A DNA stretch of 64,000 nucleotides from an uncultured Actinomycetes bacterium. GTDB taxonomy: Bacteria; Actinomycetota; Actinomycetes; Streptosporangiales; Streptosporangiaceae. Both the position numbers and the translations under genes were made by a program. Under the pieces are notes generated by a model that saw only the letters and a program-made list of their open reading frames with translations, was not told the origin of the DNA and searched no databases. Of the stretch, positions 46,606-56,931 are shown piece after piece; position 1 is the first letter of the stretch, and every line of letters begins with the position of its first letter. The stretch spans positions 1 through 64,000 of the forward strand of contig CAVWLF010000001.1 in NCBI GenBank assembly GCA_963755815.1, in the 5' to 3' direction.

Positions 46606-47816
46606 ACCCGCATGCCTCTTCCGGTCACGCCCCACAGGTCCGCGACCGGCTTGTCGGTGACCAGGTCGCGATATTCCGGATGAGGTGCGGCAACGATCAG
46701 CAGGTCGGCGCGCTCAAGCACCTCGGCCAGCGATGTGAACCGCTTATCGGTGATGTAGGGGTCCGAGCACAGGACCTCGTTCGCCTTGAGAATCAGAATT
46801 TTACGGAGCTTATAGGACAAACTCTCCCGCGAGTCATCGCTGCCGGCCTTGAAGCCCATTCCCAGGACCCCGACGGTGAGTGCGGCGAGATCGTAGCGGG
46901 TCTCCAGCCGGGAGACGAGGTAGAGCGGGAGACCCTCATTGATCAGCATTGCCGAGTGGCCGAGCACGAATTTGTTCTGGTTGAATGCCGCGAGCTGCAT
47001 CGTGTCCTTGAGCAGGCACGGGCCGGCCGCGAAGCCCGGCCCCGGCATATCGGCGGCCCGCGGATAGTCGTGCCGGATGGCCCAGCGTATCCGCTCAAAA
47101 TCTAGCCCGTAGTCATTCGCCATCATCCAGAACTGATTGGCCGTCGCGAATTTGATGTACCGCCAGGTGTTGGTGAAAAGCTTAGCGAGCTCGGCTTCCT
47201 CGGGTTGCAGCCGGACGACCTCATTAGTCAGGATGCGGAAGAACTTTTCCGCCCGGTCGCCAGCACGGTCAGTGCGGGCACCGACGATTTGCGGCAGGTC
47301 GAACAGCTCCTCCATGGCATGTCCCTCGGCGATGCGCTCGGGGCAGAAAGCTATATCCACGTCGATGCCGCGTTTGCTGAGCATGCGCTCGGTCAATGCG
47401 GTGACCGTCGGGTGAATGGTGCTGCGCAGAATGACGAGCTGGCCGTCGACCAGATATTCGGCGCACCGGTCCAGGGCGGCCGGCACCGCGCCCAGGTCCG
47501 GGTTGAGATGCTCGTCAACCGGGGTCCCGACGACGACAACGAGGATCTCGGCGGTACCGACCACCGCCGGGTCGGTCGTGGCCGTGAGCCTGCCTGCGCA
47601 CACGGCCGCGCGCAGCGGCTCCTCGGCACCTTCCTCGGTGAACGGCATGCGCGCATTGCTGACAATTTCTACCGCAGCCGCGTTGAGGTCATATAGGCGC
47701 ACCGATAGGCCGCGCGAAGCCAAGGCCACGCCAAAGGGGAGGCCGACGCGCCCGCAGCCGCCAATGATCGCCACATCGGCCGAGAAGGATGGGGGGGCCT
47801 GCTTGTCCGTTGGCAT
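46602..47816 (-). CDS. nucleotide-sugar dehydrogenase (UDP-glucose/GDP-mannose dehydrogenase family)
   Basis: N-terminal VAIIGGCGRVGLPFG Rossmann motif and a catalytic Cys context GFAAGPCLLKD. Start at MPTDKQ (ATG 47816). Confidence 0.9.
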   Translation of the reverse strand: MPTDKQAPPSFSADVAIIGGCGRVGLPFGVALASRGLSVRLYDLNAAAVEIVSNARMPFTEEGAEEPLRAAVCAGRLTATTDPAVVGTAEILVVVVGTPVDEHLNPDLGAVPAALDRCAEYLVDGQLVILRSTIHPTVTALTERMLSKRGIDVDIAFCPERIAEGHAMEELFDLPQIVGARTDRAGDRAEKFFRILTNEVVRLQPEEAELAKLFTNTWRYIKFATANQFWMMANDYGLDFERIRWAIRHDYPRAADMPGPGFAAGPCLLKDTMQLAAFNQNKFVLGHSAMLINEGLPLYLVSRLETRYDLAALTVGVLGMGFKAGSDDSRESLSYKLRKILILKANEVLCSDPYITDKRFTSLAEVLERADLLIVAAPHPEYRDLVTDKPVADLWGVTGRGMRV

Positions 47817-47850
47817 GCTGTTCCTCGTCCGTTGGCATGCTGTTACTCGT
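47807..47850. repeat. 2 x 22-bp tandem duplication spanning the dehydrogenase start codon
   Basis: CCGTTGGCATGCTGTT(C/A)CTCGT at 47807-47828 and 47829-47850, 21/22 identical. Each copy carries a CAT (ATG on the minus strand). Confidence 0.75.
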
Positions 47851-48067
47851 TCGGGCGCAGACATAACGTCATCCGGCGGCTAGTTAAACTGCTGCGGAAA
47901 ACTACCGCAGCAGTCCCGCACCGCCTCGATGGTCCGCAGGCACCGGATTTCCCCGATTCCTTCCGAAGCCGAAGTGTACCTACCGGCGGCGTAACGTAAA
48001 AATCCATTACTTTACCGAGATCTGCACTTGGGGCGCACTTGACGTACGTCAATATTCCAGTGGTGAT

Positions 48068-48709
48068 CTATTTACCCAGGCCGGGAGGCGGCGGGCAATG
48101 CTTTGCCAATAGCACCGGCGCCGAATCCGCCGGCCGGCCCGGAAGCGGCCCGCCGACCCGGTAGCGGCGGCCGTCGAGCGCCGAGCACCCCGACCAGCAG
48201 GTAGCTCGCCGTGGTGGCGAGCGCCGTGACGATGGCAAACGATCGTGCGTCCTGGCCGTACCAGCTGATCTCCGGCAGCGCGGCGAAGAAACCAGCCCGG
48301 CGAAGAGCCCGGCCCGCGGCGACACCAGCCGCCGCCCGATCGCCGCCACCCCGGCCGCCGCCGCGGCCATCGCCAGCGCCGACGGCAGCCGGGTGGTGAA
48401 CTCGCTGCTGCCGCCAAGCCGCACCACGACCCAGATGATCATGTAGTAGGCGCCGTGCACGGCGTCAGTGTGGCCCAGTATCCGGATCAGGGCGCCGAAC
48501 GGGCGGCGCACCGCCGCCAGGGTGGCGCCCTCATCCCGCCAGTACGACGGGGTAGTGATCCGCCAGAGCATCAGCGTGAGCGTGGCCGCCGGCGGGACGG
48601 CCCGCATCCAGAGCGGGCCGCCGGCGGCCTGATCCGGCGGCCGCCGGGCCGCTCCGGCCGTCTCCCCGGCTGGCCTGTCCAGGACGGCAGGCCGGCCAGC
48701 TGACGACAT
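48068..48709 (-). pseudogene. truncated, frameshifted N-terminal fragment of a GT-C mannosyltransferase-like (PMT_2/GT39-like) gene
   Basis: The first ~135 aa (TPSYWRDEGATLAAVRRPFGALIRILGHTDAVHGAYYMIIWVVVRLGGSSEFTTRLPSALAMAAAAAGVAAIGRRL) match the conserved start of actinobacterial membrane mannosyltransferases. Sensible sequence then continues in another frame (FFAALPEISWYGQDARSFAIVTALATTASYLLVGVLG) and stops after about 200 aa in total. Confidence 0.6.
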
Positions 48710-48796
48710 GATGCGGTTCCTCCCGGCACGTCAGGCTACGACGAACGGGCCAGAACTAGCTACTGCCCGCAATCGGGAGAATACAAGAAGTGACGG

Positions 48797-49801
48797 TCAG
48801 GCTCCGCGCATGGCCCGGATTGATTCCCGCAGTGACCCCATCGTGGCGAGCACGGCGGACGGCTCGTACCCGCAATGGGCCATGCAGTTGGAGCACCGCT
48901 CGTCCTTGCCGCGGCCGTAGGCGTCCCAGTCGGTGGTCTCGATGAGCTCCTTGTACGTCTTCACGTAGCCGTCGGCCATCAGGTAGCACGGCTTCTGCCA
49001 GCCCAGCAGGGAGTACGACGGGATGCCCCAGGCGGTGCAGCCGAAGTCGGTCTTGCCCTCCAGGAAGTCCAGGAACATCGGCGAGTGATTCAGCCGCCAG
49101 CGCTTCCGGTTGCCGTTGTCGAACGCCTTGCGGAACAGCTCCCTGGTCTCGGTCACGCCGAGGAAGTGCTCCTGGTCCGGTGCCTTCTCGTAGGCGTAGG
49201 CCGGCGAGATCATCATGTCGCTGACCTTGAGGTCGTCGTTGAGGTAGTCGAGCACGTCGATGACGGTCTGCGGGGTGTCGGTGTTGAAGACCGTCGTGTT
49301 CGTGGTGACCCGGAAGCCGCGGCGCTGGGCTTCCCTGATCGCCGCGACCGCCTCGTCGAAGACACCGTCCTTGCAGACCGATGCGTCGTGCCGCTCGGCC
49401 AGGCCGTCAATGTGCACGGTCCAGGCGAAGTACCGGGACGGCGTGAACTTGTCGATGTGCTTGGGCAGCAGCAGCGCGTTAGTGCACAGGTAGACGTACT
49501 TCTTGCGCTTGACCAGTTCTTCCACCAGCACGTGGATCTGCGGGTGCATCAGCGGCTCACCGCCGGCCAGGGAGACCATCGGCGCGCCGCATTCCTCGAT
49601 CGCCGCCAGCGCCTGCTCCACCGGCATCCGCTGCTTCAGCAGGCTGGCCGGCTGCTGGATCTTGCCGCAGCCGGCGCACTTCAGGTTGCACGCGAACAGC
49701 GGCTCCAGCTCAACGATCAGCGGGAACTTCTCCCGCCGGGCGAGCTTCTGGCGGGCTAGGTACGCCCCGACCCGGATGCTCTGGCGCATGGGGATACTCA
49801 T
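48797..49801 (-). CDS. hpnH: adenosylhopane synthase, radical SAM (HpnH)
   Basis: 334 aa. Radical-SAM cluster motif [11 protein letters not shown], and HpnH-typical N-terminus [31 protein letters not shown]. Located in the hopanoid operon. Confidence 0.92.
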   Translation of the reverse strand: MSIPMRQSIRVGAYLARQKLARREKFPLIVELEPLFACNLKCAGCGKIQQPASLLKQRMPVEQALAAIEECGAPMVSLAGGEPLMHPQIHVLVEELVKRKKYVYLCTNALLLPKHIDKFTPSRYFAWTVHIDGLAERHDASVCKDGVFDEAVAAIREAQRRGFRVTTNTTVFNTDTPQTVIDVLDYLNDDLKVSDMMISPAYAYEKAPDQEHFLGVTETRELFRKAFDNGNRKRWRLNHSPMFLDFLEGKTDFGCTAWGIPSYSLLGWQKPCYLMADGYVKTYKELIETTDWDAYGRGKDERCSNCMAHCGYEPSAVLATMGSLRESIRAMRGA

Positions 49802-51303
49802 GTTTGCCTTACCTCCTTGGGCAGGCCGAACCGGATGTTCTCAGTAGCGACGACGCGCTCGCTCACCTCGACCGGGCCGAGGCCGCCGAGCGCGGCGATA
49901 ATCTCGTCGACGACGGACGGCGGCGCCGAGGCGCCGGCCGTGAGCCCGATCGTCGACACTCCAGCCAGCCAGCCGAGCTCGATGTCCTCAGGGCCATCGA
50001 TCAGGTAAGCGGGCCTGCCAGCCCGCTCCGCCGTCTCCACCAGGCGGCGCGAGTTGGAAGAGTTGGCCGACCCGGCCACGAGCACCAGGTCGGATTCGGC
50101 GGCCACGGCACGGACCGAGAGCTGCCGGTTGGTGGTGGCGTAGCAGATGTCGTCGCTGCCGGGCCCGCGGGCGGCCGGGAACCGTTCGAGCAACTCCCCG
50201 ACGAGCCCGCCGGCCTCGTCGGCCGACAGCGTGGTCTGCATCAGGTAAGCCACCTTGCCGGGATCCTCGGGGCGCAGGCCGGCCACGTCGGCCTCGTTTT
50301 CGACCAGGACAGTTGAACCGGGCGCCTCGCCCAGCGTGCCCTCGACTTCCTCGTGGCCGGCGTGCCCGATGAGCGCGACCAGATAGCCGTCGGCGGCGAA
50401 CCGGCGGGCCTCCACATGCACCTTGGACACCAGCGGGCAGGTGGCATCGACGGTTTCCAGCCCGCGCCGGGCCGCCTCGTCCCGCACCGCCGGCGACACG
50501 CCGTGCGCGGAGAACACCGTCACGGCACCGTCCGGAACCTCGCTCAGCTCGTCCACGAAGATCGCGCCGCGGCGCTCCAGGCCCGCCACCACATGGGTGT
50601 TGTGCACGATCTGCTTACGCACGTAGACCGGCGGACCGTGCTGATCAAGCGCCCGCTCGACGATCTCGATCGCCCGCTCGACCCCGGCGCAGAAGGACCG
50701 CGGCCCGGCCAGCACCACCCGCCGCCGCCCGGCCGCGGCCGCCCAGCTGGCGAGCGCGGGCGCGGCCAGCCGCAGGGAGCGCAGCGCCGCGACCCCGCCG
50801 GCCAGGCCCGCCGGGCTCAGCAGCGGCCGCTGCGGCGTATCCGATACGGCCCGGAGCACGATCGCGGGCCGGTCGGCGGCCGCCGCGAGCAGCTGCGCCG
50901 ATTCCATATCGGCCACCAGCGCGCCGGTGCGCGCGAGCCGCTCCCGCTCGGCGCCGTGCACCAGGTGATCGACGGTGACGATCTGGCCGGCCCGGGCGTT
51001 CAGCCCGGCCCGCCGCAGCTCGCCCGCCAGCAGCGGGGCCGACGGGCAGCTGATGGCTGCCGCCCCGGAGCCACTGACCTGCGTGCCAACGACGAGGTCG
51101 CCGGGCGACAGGTCGCCGGAGAGGCCGCCGCCGGTTCCGGCGATGGCCAGCATCCCAAACGAGCCCGGGCGGAGCTTCGCCGCCGCCGAGGCCGATTTCA
51201 CCGGCCCGTAGCCGGTCTGCCTGACCTCGGCGCCGGAGCCGATGCCGCGCCGCACGGCGCGCGCTTCCAGCCGGAGCGGCGAGCAGACGAGCAGCCGGTT
51301 CAT
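49798..51303 (-). CDS. ispH: fusion protein: N-terminal nucleoside phosphorylase-like domain (HpnG-like) + C-terminal 4-hydroxy-3-methylbut-2-enyl diphosphate reductase (IspH/LytB)
   Basis: Residues ~1-190 look like the PNP_UDP_1 family ([14 protein letters not shown]...[10 protein letters not shown]...LRAVSD). Residues ~200-500 carry IspH motifs ([45 protein letters not shown]). Start at MNRLLVC (ATG 51303). The stop overlaps the hpnH start. Confidence 0.85.
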   Translation of the reverse strand: MNRLLVCSPLRLEARAVRRGIGSGAEVRQTGYGPVKSASAAAKLRPGSFGMLAIAGTGGGLSGDLSPGDLVVGTQVSGSGAAAISCPSAPLLAGELRRAGLNARAGQIVTVDHLVHGAERERLARTGALVADMESAQLLAAAADRPAIVLRAVSDTPQRPLLSPAGLAGGVAALRSLRLAAPALASWAAAAGRRRVVLAGPRSFCAGVERAIEIVERALDQHGPPVYVRKQIVHNTHVVAGLERRGAIFVDELSEVPDGAVTVFSAHGVSPAVRDEAARRGLETVDATCPLVSKVHVEARRFAADGYLVALIGHAGHEEVEGTLGEAPGSTVLVENEADVAGLRPEDPGKVAYLMQTTLSADEAGGLVGELLERFPAARGPGSDDICYATTNRQLSVRAVAAESDLVLVAGSANSSNSRRLVETAERAGRPAYLIDGPEDIELGWLAGVSTIGLTAGASAPPSVVDEIIAALGGLGPVEVSERVVATENIRFGLPKEVRQT

Positions 51304-51385
51304 CGCATTCCTCCGCTCGGCCCGGCGGGCGCGCCGGGGGCCCGCCCGCCCGCGATTAGCCCGCCCGCGGTCAGCGACGGCCGGC

Positions 51386-53443
51386 TCATCCCGCACCGGC
51401 CAGGTAGCGGCCCAGCGCGCTGACCGGGAAGACCAGGCGGTACAGGTGGTAATTGATGTAGAAGTCACCCGGGAACCCGGTGCCGGTGTACTGCGGCTCG
51501 TCCCAGGTACCGTCCGGGCGCTGATGACTGGCCAGCCAGCGGACGCCGCGCTCTACGCAGGCCGCGTCATCCGCGCTGTCCCCGTCCCCGCTGGCCCCGT
51601 CCCCGTTGTTCCCGGCGCGGCCGGCCGCGCCGTGGCTGCTGCCGGTCTCGCCGTGGCCGGGTCCGGCGGCCGTGGAGCCCTGGCTCGCGGCCAGCAGCGC
51701 GAGCAGCGCCCATGCCGTCTGCGACGCCGTCGACTCGCCGCGCCCGGCCAGGCCCGGGTCGTCATAGGACCGCAGGTCCTCGCCCCAGCCGCCGTCCGGA
51801 TTCTGGTGCTCCCGGAGCCAGGCCACGGCCCGCCTGATCGGCGGCTTGCCGGGCAGCACGCCCGCGGCGATCAGCGCGGGCACCACCGCGCCGGTACCGT
51901 ACACGTAGTTCGCTCCCCACCGGCCGAACCAGGACCCGTCGTCCTCCTGCGCCCGCAGCAGCCAGGCCACGCCGCGGCGCACCGCCTTGCTGCCCGCCAG
52001 GCCCGCCGCGGCAAGCGCCTCGATGGTGTGCGCCGTGACATCCGCGGACGGCGGGTCGATCACCTCGCCGAAGTCGCAGAACGGCAGCTTGGCCACGATC
52101 TTCCTGGTGTTGTCCGCGTCGAAGGCGCCCCAGCCCCCGTCCCGGGACTGCATGCCGGTCAGCCAGCGGAGGCCGCGCGCCGTGGCCGCGGCCGACCGCG
52201 GCTCGGCGGCCGGGTCGACCCGCCGGAGCGCGAGCACCACCTCGGCGGTGTCGTCGATGTCCGGGTAGCCGTCGTTGTCGAACTCGAAGGCCCAGCCACC
52301 CGGGCTGAGCCCGGGCCGGCGGGCCTGCCAGTCACCCGGCCCGCGGATCTCCTCGCCGGCCACCCAGCGGGCCGCTGACGCCAGCGCCGGATGGTCGGCC
52401 GGAAGGCCGGCGTCGGAAAGCGCGATCATCGCCAGCACGGTGTCCCAGACCGGCGACTGGCATGCCTCCAGCCGCCTGGTCGGGCCGTCCGGCCCGTCGG
52501 CCCAGATGGTGAACCGGTCCAGCCCGGCCAGGCCGCGCTTGATCACCGGATGCTCCAGGCCGTAGCCCAGCAGGTGCAGCGCGATCAGCGAGTACACCCA
52601 GGGCGGCTGAATCCCGCCCCAGCAGCCATCGGCCTCCTGCCGGGCGATGATCCACTCCGCGCAGCGCCGCAGGGCCGCGGTCCGGACCGCGCGCATCGGG
52701 CGGGTTTGCTCGCCATGCCGGTGGTAGGCGTGCAGCACGCGGTCAAGCCCGCCGAAGAAGGCCGGCCAGCCCGGCCGCGGCAGGCCCCCGGCGCGGGCCG
52801 CGGCCGGCCCGGGGCCCGGATCAGGCGCGGCCGGCCACAGCTCGGGCAGCGCAAAGGGCAGCGAGCGGACGGGGCGCAGCGATCCGACAATGGTCAGCGG
52901 GACGATCGTCTGCCTGGCCCAGCAGGCCCAGTCCTGCACGTTCAGCGGGAACCAGCCGGGCAGGTAGATCATCTCCGGCGGCATCACCGGGAGCTCGTCC
53001 CAGGACCACTCGCCGAAGAGGGCCAGCCAGATCCTGGTGAACACGCGGGTGGCGGGAATGCCCCCGGCCGCGCGGATCCAGCCCGCCGCCCGCGCCATGT
53101 GCGCGGCGTCCGGCGAGTCGCCGGCCAGCCGCAGCGCGACGTAGGCCTCGACGGTGGTGGAGAGGTCAGCGTCGCCCTGGTAGTAGTTCGCCCAGGTCCC
53201 GTCCGCTCGCTGCCGGGACCTGATCCACCGCGCCGCGGCCGCCGTCTCCGGCTCCGCCCGGATGCCGAGGAACTCGCGGAGGAGCAGGTCCTCCGCATCC
53301 ATGGTGACGTTGGTCTCCAGCTCGCCCTGCCACCAGCCGCCGGGGTGCTGCAGGTCAAGCAGATGACGGGCGGCCAGGTCCAGCGCCGTCCGCGCGACCT
53401 CGGGCGCCGCCTGCCCGCCGGGGCGTGCCTGCGTCACCGTCAT
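51386..53443 (-). CDS. shc: squalene-hopene cyclase
   Basis: 685 aa. Catalytic DxDDTA context ([15 protein letters not shown]) and repeated QW motifs ([57 protein letters not shown]). Confidence 0.95.
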   Translation of the reverse strand: MTVTQARPGGQAAPEVARTALDLAARHLLDLQHPGGWWQGELETNVTMDAEDLLLREFLGIRAEPETAAAARWIRSRQRADGTWANYYQGDADLSTTVEAYVALRLAGDSPDAAHMARAAGWIRAAGGIPATRVFTRIWLALFGEWSWDELPVMPPEMIYLPGWFPLNVQDWACWARQTIVPLTIVGSLRPVRSLPFALPELWPAAPDPGPGPAAARAGGLPRPGWPAFFGGLDRVLHAYHRHGEQTRPMRAVRTAALRRCAEWIIARQEADGCWGGIQPPWVYSLIALHLLGYGLEHPVIKRGLAGLDRFTIWADGPDGPTRRLEACQSPVWDTVLAMIALSDAGLPADHPALASAARWVAGEEIRGPGDWQARRPGLSPGGWAFEFDNDGYPDIDDTAEVVLALRRVDPAAEPRSAAATARGLRWLTGMQSRDGGWGAFDADNTRKIVAKLPFCDFGEVIDPPSADVTAHTIEALAAAGLAGSKAVRRGVAWLLRAQEDDGSWFGRWGANYVYGTGAVVPALIAAGVLPGKPPIRRAVAWLREHQNPDGGWGEDLRSYDDPGLAGRGESTASQTAWALLALLAASQGSTAAGPGHGETGSSHGAAGRAGNNGDGASGDGDSADDAACVERGVRWLASHQRPDGTWDEPQYTGTGFPGDFYINYHLYRLVFPVSALGRYLAGAG

Positions 53444-53524
53444 GTCGCCGTCCCGCTCATCTCGCCGCTCTCCGCTTCGTCTGCCCTGCGGTACTCGGCT
53501 CAGCCGCGTACCGGTCCGTCATGA

Positions 53525-54556
53525 TCAGCTCTGCCGCGCCGTGATGAACTCGGCGATCCCCGCGAACTCCGCCCGTACGTCATCGGGCATGTCGGTCGCG
53601 GCCAGGCACTCGCCGGCCGAGGCGAGCTGCACATCCGCCTCCGCCTCGACCCAGGCCCGGCCGCCGGCCGCCTCGACCAGGTCAGCGGCCCGCAGCAGGT
53701 CGTCCTCGCCGAGCGGCCCGGTGGAACTCAGCAACTCGCCGAGCTCAGCGCCCGCCTCGGTGCCGCTGGTCAGCGCCGCGACGACCGGAAGTGACTTCTT
53801 CCTGGCCCGCAGGTCGGAGCGGACCGGCTTGCCGGTGACCTCGGGGGCGCCCCAGATGCCGAGCAGGTCGTCGGTGAGCTGGAACGCGAGCCCGGCGTGC
53901 GCGCCGAACCCGGCCAGGCCCATGGCCAGCTCGGCCGGGGCGCCGACGTAGATCGCCCCGATGCTGCAGGCGCACGCCATCAGCGCGGCGGTCTTGTCAC
54001 CCGCCATCTCCAGGCACTCATCCAGCGTCACGTCATCGCGCCGCTCGAAGGCCAGGTCCGCGCCCTGGCCCGCGATCAGCCGCTGGACCGAGGCGGACAG
54101 GCAGCGGGACGCCCACAGGCCCTGCGGCGCCGGGCCCTCCAGCAGCATGTCCTGGGCGAGCACCAGGAGGGCGTCGCCGGCCAGGATGGCCGCTCCCACG
54201 CCGAACACCGTCCACGCCGTCGGCCGGTGCCTGCGTTCGGTGTCGCCGTCCATGATGTCGTCGTGCACGAGGGAGAAGTTGTGCACGAGTTCCACCGCCG
54301 CCGCGGCGGCCACCCCGCGCTCGGGCGCGGTTCGGGCCGCCCGGGTGGACAGCAAGGCGAATGCGGGCCGCAGCGCCTTGCCCATCCCGCCGGGCCGGCC
54401 GTCGGTACCGGTCGGCTGGCCCGCCGCGTCCGCCAGGCCGAGGTGGTAGGCGGCGACGGATCGCACGTCCGGGCTCAGCCGGCTGACCGCGGCGGCGATC
54501 GCCGGTCCGACCAGATCGCGGGCCGTCTCAACGCCGGCCGGCATGGTGGCCGTCAT
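53525..54556 (-). CDS. polyprenyl diphosphate synthase (probable farnesyl diphosphate synthase of the hopanoid operon)
   Basis: First and second Asp-rich motifs LVHDDIMDGD and FQLTDDLLG. The ATG overlaps the hpnE stop (ATGA at 54553-54556). Confidence 0.9.
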   Translation of the reverse strand: MTATMPAGVETARDLVGPAIAAAVSRLSPDVRSVAAYHLGLADAAGQPTGTDGRPGGMGKALRPAFALLSTRAARTAPERGVAAAAAVELVHNFSLVHDDIMDGDTERRHRPTAWTVFGVGAAILAGDALLVLAQDMLLEGPAPQGLWASRCLSASVQRLIAGQGADLAFERRDDVTLDECLEMAGDKTAALMACACSIGAIYVGAPAELAMGLAGFGAHAGLAFQLTDDLLGIWGAPEVTGKPVRSDLRARKKSLPVVAALTSGTEAGAELGELLSSTGPLGEDDLLRAADLVEAAGGRAWVEAEADVQLASAGECLAATDMPDDVRAEFAGIAEFITARQS

Positions 54557-56004
54557 GACGGCGCTCCGGCCCCGGCCGGCGCAGGCGTGCCCGCCGGGCA
54601 GGCCAGCTCCCGGCCAGGCGGCCAGGCCAGGCCTCGTCTCAGTTCCCGCGCCGCATTCAGCCCGCTTCGCACTGCGCCCTCCATGGTGTCCGGCCAGCCG
54701 GTATCGGTCCACGCGCCGGCCAGCACCAGCCCGGGCAGGCCGGTGGCCGCGGCCGGCCGTAGCTGACCGCACCCCGGCGCCTGGCGGAATGTCGCCTGGC
54801 GCTCCCTGGTCACGAAGAAATCGGTAATCTGCGCCTGCCGGGCCGCCGGGAATAGCTCCGCCAGCGCGGGCACGAATTGCTCGCGCAGCCGCGCGGCGGG
54901 GACGTCGATGTAGTCGTCCGCGGCCGACAGCGACACCGCGAGGTACTGGCCGCCCGGCTGGCCCGAGGATGCGGTCTTGTCGAAGACCCACTGCACCGGG
55001 GAGTCCACCGCGGCGGCGAACGGCAGCCTGGTGACCCGCCGGTCGTAGATGACATGCACATTGACGATCGGCGATGAGCCGAGCGCGGCCCACCGGGTTT
55101 CGCCGGCCGCGGCCGGCATCAGGCGCGCGGCCGGCCCGGGCGGCACGGCGATCACCACGCCGTCGGCGGGCAGCGACGACTGCGCGCGATCGGCGCCGGC
55201 CGCGGCGGTGACGCTCAGCCCGCCGCCTGGCCCGGGCGTGACGGCGACCGCGGCCGTGCCGAGCCGCACCTCGGCTCCGAGTTCCGCCAGCAGCGTCGCG
55301 GCGGCGGTGCCGTGCAGTTCGCCGAGCGGAACCGCCGGCACCCCGATGTCAGCGGCATCCCGGGCGCCGAGCAGGGCCATCCGGACCACGGTGGCGGCCA
55401 GCGCCAGGCTCGCGTCATCGCCGGCGATGTTCAGGGCCGAGACGACGAAGAGATCCCACAGCACCCGGCGGGCCCGCTCGCCCTGGCCCCGGGCGGCCAG
55501 CCAGTCCCCGAGCCGCTCGCTGTCCAGGCCGGGCCGGGCCGGGTTGAGGAAGCGCATGGCCAGCGCGGCCCGGGCCACGCCGAGCCGCGCCGCGGGCGAG
55601 AGCAGCGAGTATCCGGCCAGCGCCCGGCCCATCTGCAGCGGGCCGGGCAGTGCGGTCCGGCGCAGCCGGGCCGTGCCGCCGGGGGAAAGCACGGTGATGT
55701 CAAAGCGATCCTGGATCGTGGCCGAGCCCGTCATGCCGAGCCTGGCCAGCAGGCCCCGGTAGGCACTGCAGCAGCGGAGGAAGACATGCTGGCCGTTGTC
55801 GATGACCAGGCCGTCCCGGCTGAAGGAGCTGGTCGCCCCGCCCAGCCTGGGCCTGGCCTCCAGCAGCGTGACGCCGACGCCCGACTCCCGCAGCGCGATA
55901 GCGGCGGTGATCCCGGCCAGACCGCCGCCGATCACCACCACGCTGCGGCCGGGCGCGGCATCGCCTGGCCGGGGGGCGGGCCCGCCGCCGGCCGGGGCGC
56001 TCAT
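54553..56004 (-). CDS. hpnE: hydroxysqualene dehydroxylase (FAD-dependent amine-oxidase/phytoene-desaturase family, HpnE)
   Basis: FAD dinucleotide motif VVVIGGGLAGITAAIALRESG, and its position between hpnD and the prenyl synthase. The ATG overlaps the hpnD stop. Confidence 0.88.
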   Translation of the reverse strand: MSAPAGGGPAPRPGDAAPGRSVVVIGGGLAGITAAIALRESGVGVTLLEARPRLGGATSSFSRDGLVIDNGQHVFLRCCSAYRGLLARLGMTGSATIQDRFDITVLSPGGTARLRRTALPGPLQMGRALAGYSLLSPAARLGVARAALAMRFLNPARPGLDSERLGDWLAARGQGERARRVLWDLFVVSALNIAGDDASLALAATVVRMALLGARDAADIGVPAVPLGELHGTAAATLLAELGAEVRLGTAAVAVTPGPGGGLSVTAAAGADRAQSSLPADGVVIAVPPGPAARLMPAAAGETRWAALGSSPIVNVHVIYDRRVTRLPFAAAVDSPVQWVFDKTASSGQPGGQYLAVSLSAADDYIDVPAARLREQFVPALAELFPAARQAQITDFFVTRERQATFRQAPGCGQLRPAAATGLPGLVLAGAWTDTGWPDTMEGAVRSGLNAARELRRGLAWPPGRELACPAGTPAPAGAGAPS

Positions 56005-56909
56005 GCCGCCGCCACCGGGCCGGCGGGCGGCAGCACCACTGGCATCACGCCCGCCAGCGAGCGCACCGCGACGATGGCCTTCTCCCCCGCCGACAGCGAC
56101 AGCCGGCGCTGCAGCGCCGCGGCCGGCTCCGCGCTGATGTGCCCGAGCAGCCGGACGTAGATGCCGGCCATCGCCCCGGCGCACGCCGCGCTGCGCCGGT
56201 CAAGCAGCGGCAGCAGCCGCAGCCCGGTGGCATACCAGCCGCGGGCGCGATCGGCCTCGAACCGCACCACGTCCTCCAGCTGGGCGCTGGCGGGCAGGCC
56301 GGTGGTGCCATCCGGGGCCAGTGCCGTGCCGAAGCGCGCGAGGTCGTCGGCGGGCAGATAGACCCGGCCGGTGCCGAAATCCTCCCGGATGTCCCGCAGG
56401 ATGTTGGTCAGCTGCAGCGCCACGCCCAGCGCATCGGCCAGCGGCGCCGCCACGGCCGTGTCCGGGCAGCCGAACACGCCCAGCGACAGCCGCCCGATCG
56501 AGCCGGCCACGCACCGGCAGTAGTGCTCAAGGTCGTCAAACGTGGCGTACGTGGTGCCCCGCACGTCCGCCTCGCAGCCGTCGATGAGCTCACCGAAGGC
56601 ATCGAGCGGGATCGCGAACTGGGTGGCCGCGTCGGCCAGCGCGACGAGCACCGGGTCAGCGGAGGTGCCCGCGGCCGGCCCGGACAGTGCGGTCACGCTG
56701 GCCCTGGCCTCCGCGAGCGCCGCCAGCTTGCTGGCGGCGGGCAGGGTGCCGTCACCGATGTCATCGACCCGCCGCGCGAACGCGTACACGGCGGACAGCG
56801 CGCGGCGCTTGGCCGCGGGCAGCAGCCGGATTCCGTAGGAGAAATTCCTCGCCTGCGTCCTGGTGATCTGCTCACAGTGCTGATACGCGGCACGCACCTC
56901 GATCGGCAT
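56001..56909 (-). CDS. hpnD: presqualene diphosphate synthase (HpnD; squalene/phytoene synthase family)
   Basis: ARNFSYGIRLLPAAKRRALSAVYAFARRVDDIGD and the second Asp-rich region (NILRDIREDFGTGRVYLP). Start at MPIEVRAAY (ATG 56909). Confidence 0.88.
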   Translation of the reverse strand: MPIEVRAAYQHCEQITRTQARNFSYGIRLLPAAKRRALSAVYAFARRVDDIGDGTLPAASKLAALAEARASVTALSGPAAGTSADPVLVALADAATQFAIPLDAFGELIDGCEADVRGTTYATFDDLEHYCRCVAGSIGRLSLGVFGCPDTAVAAPLADALGVALQLTNILRDIREDFGTGRVYLPADDLARFGTALAPDGTTGLPASAQLEDVVRFEADRARGWYATGLRLLPLLDRRSAACAGAMAGIYVRLLGHISAEPAAALQRRLSLSAGEKAIVAVRSLAGVMPVVLPPAGPVAAA

Positions 56910-56931
56910 CGGAACCCGGGTGTCCACCGCG

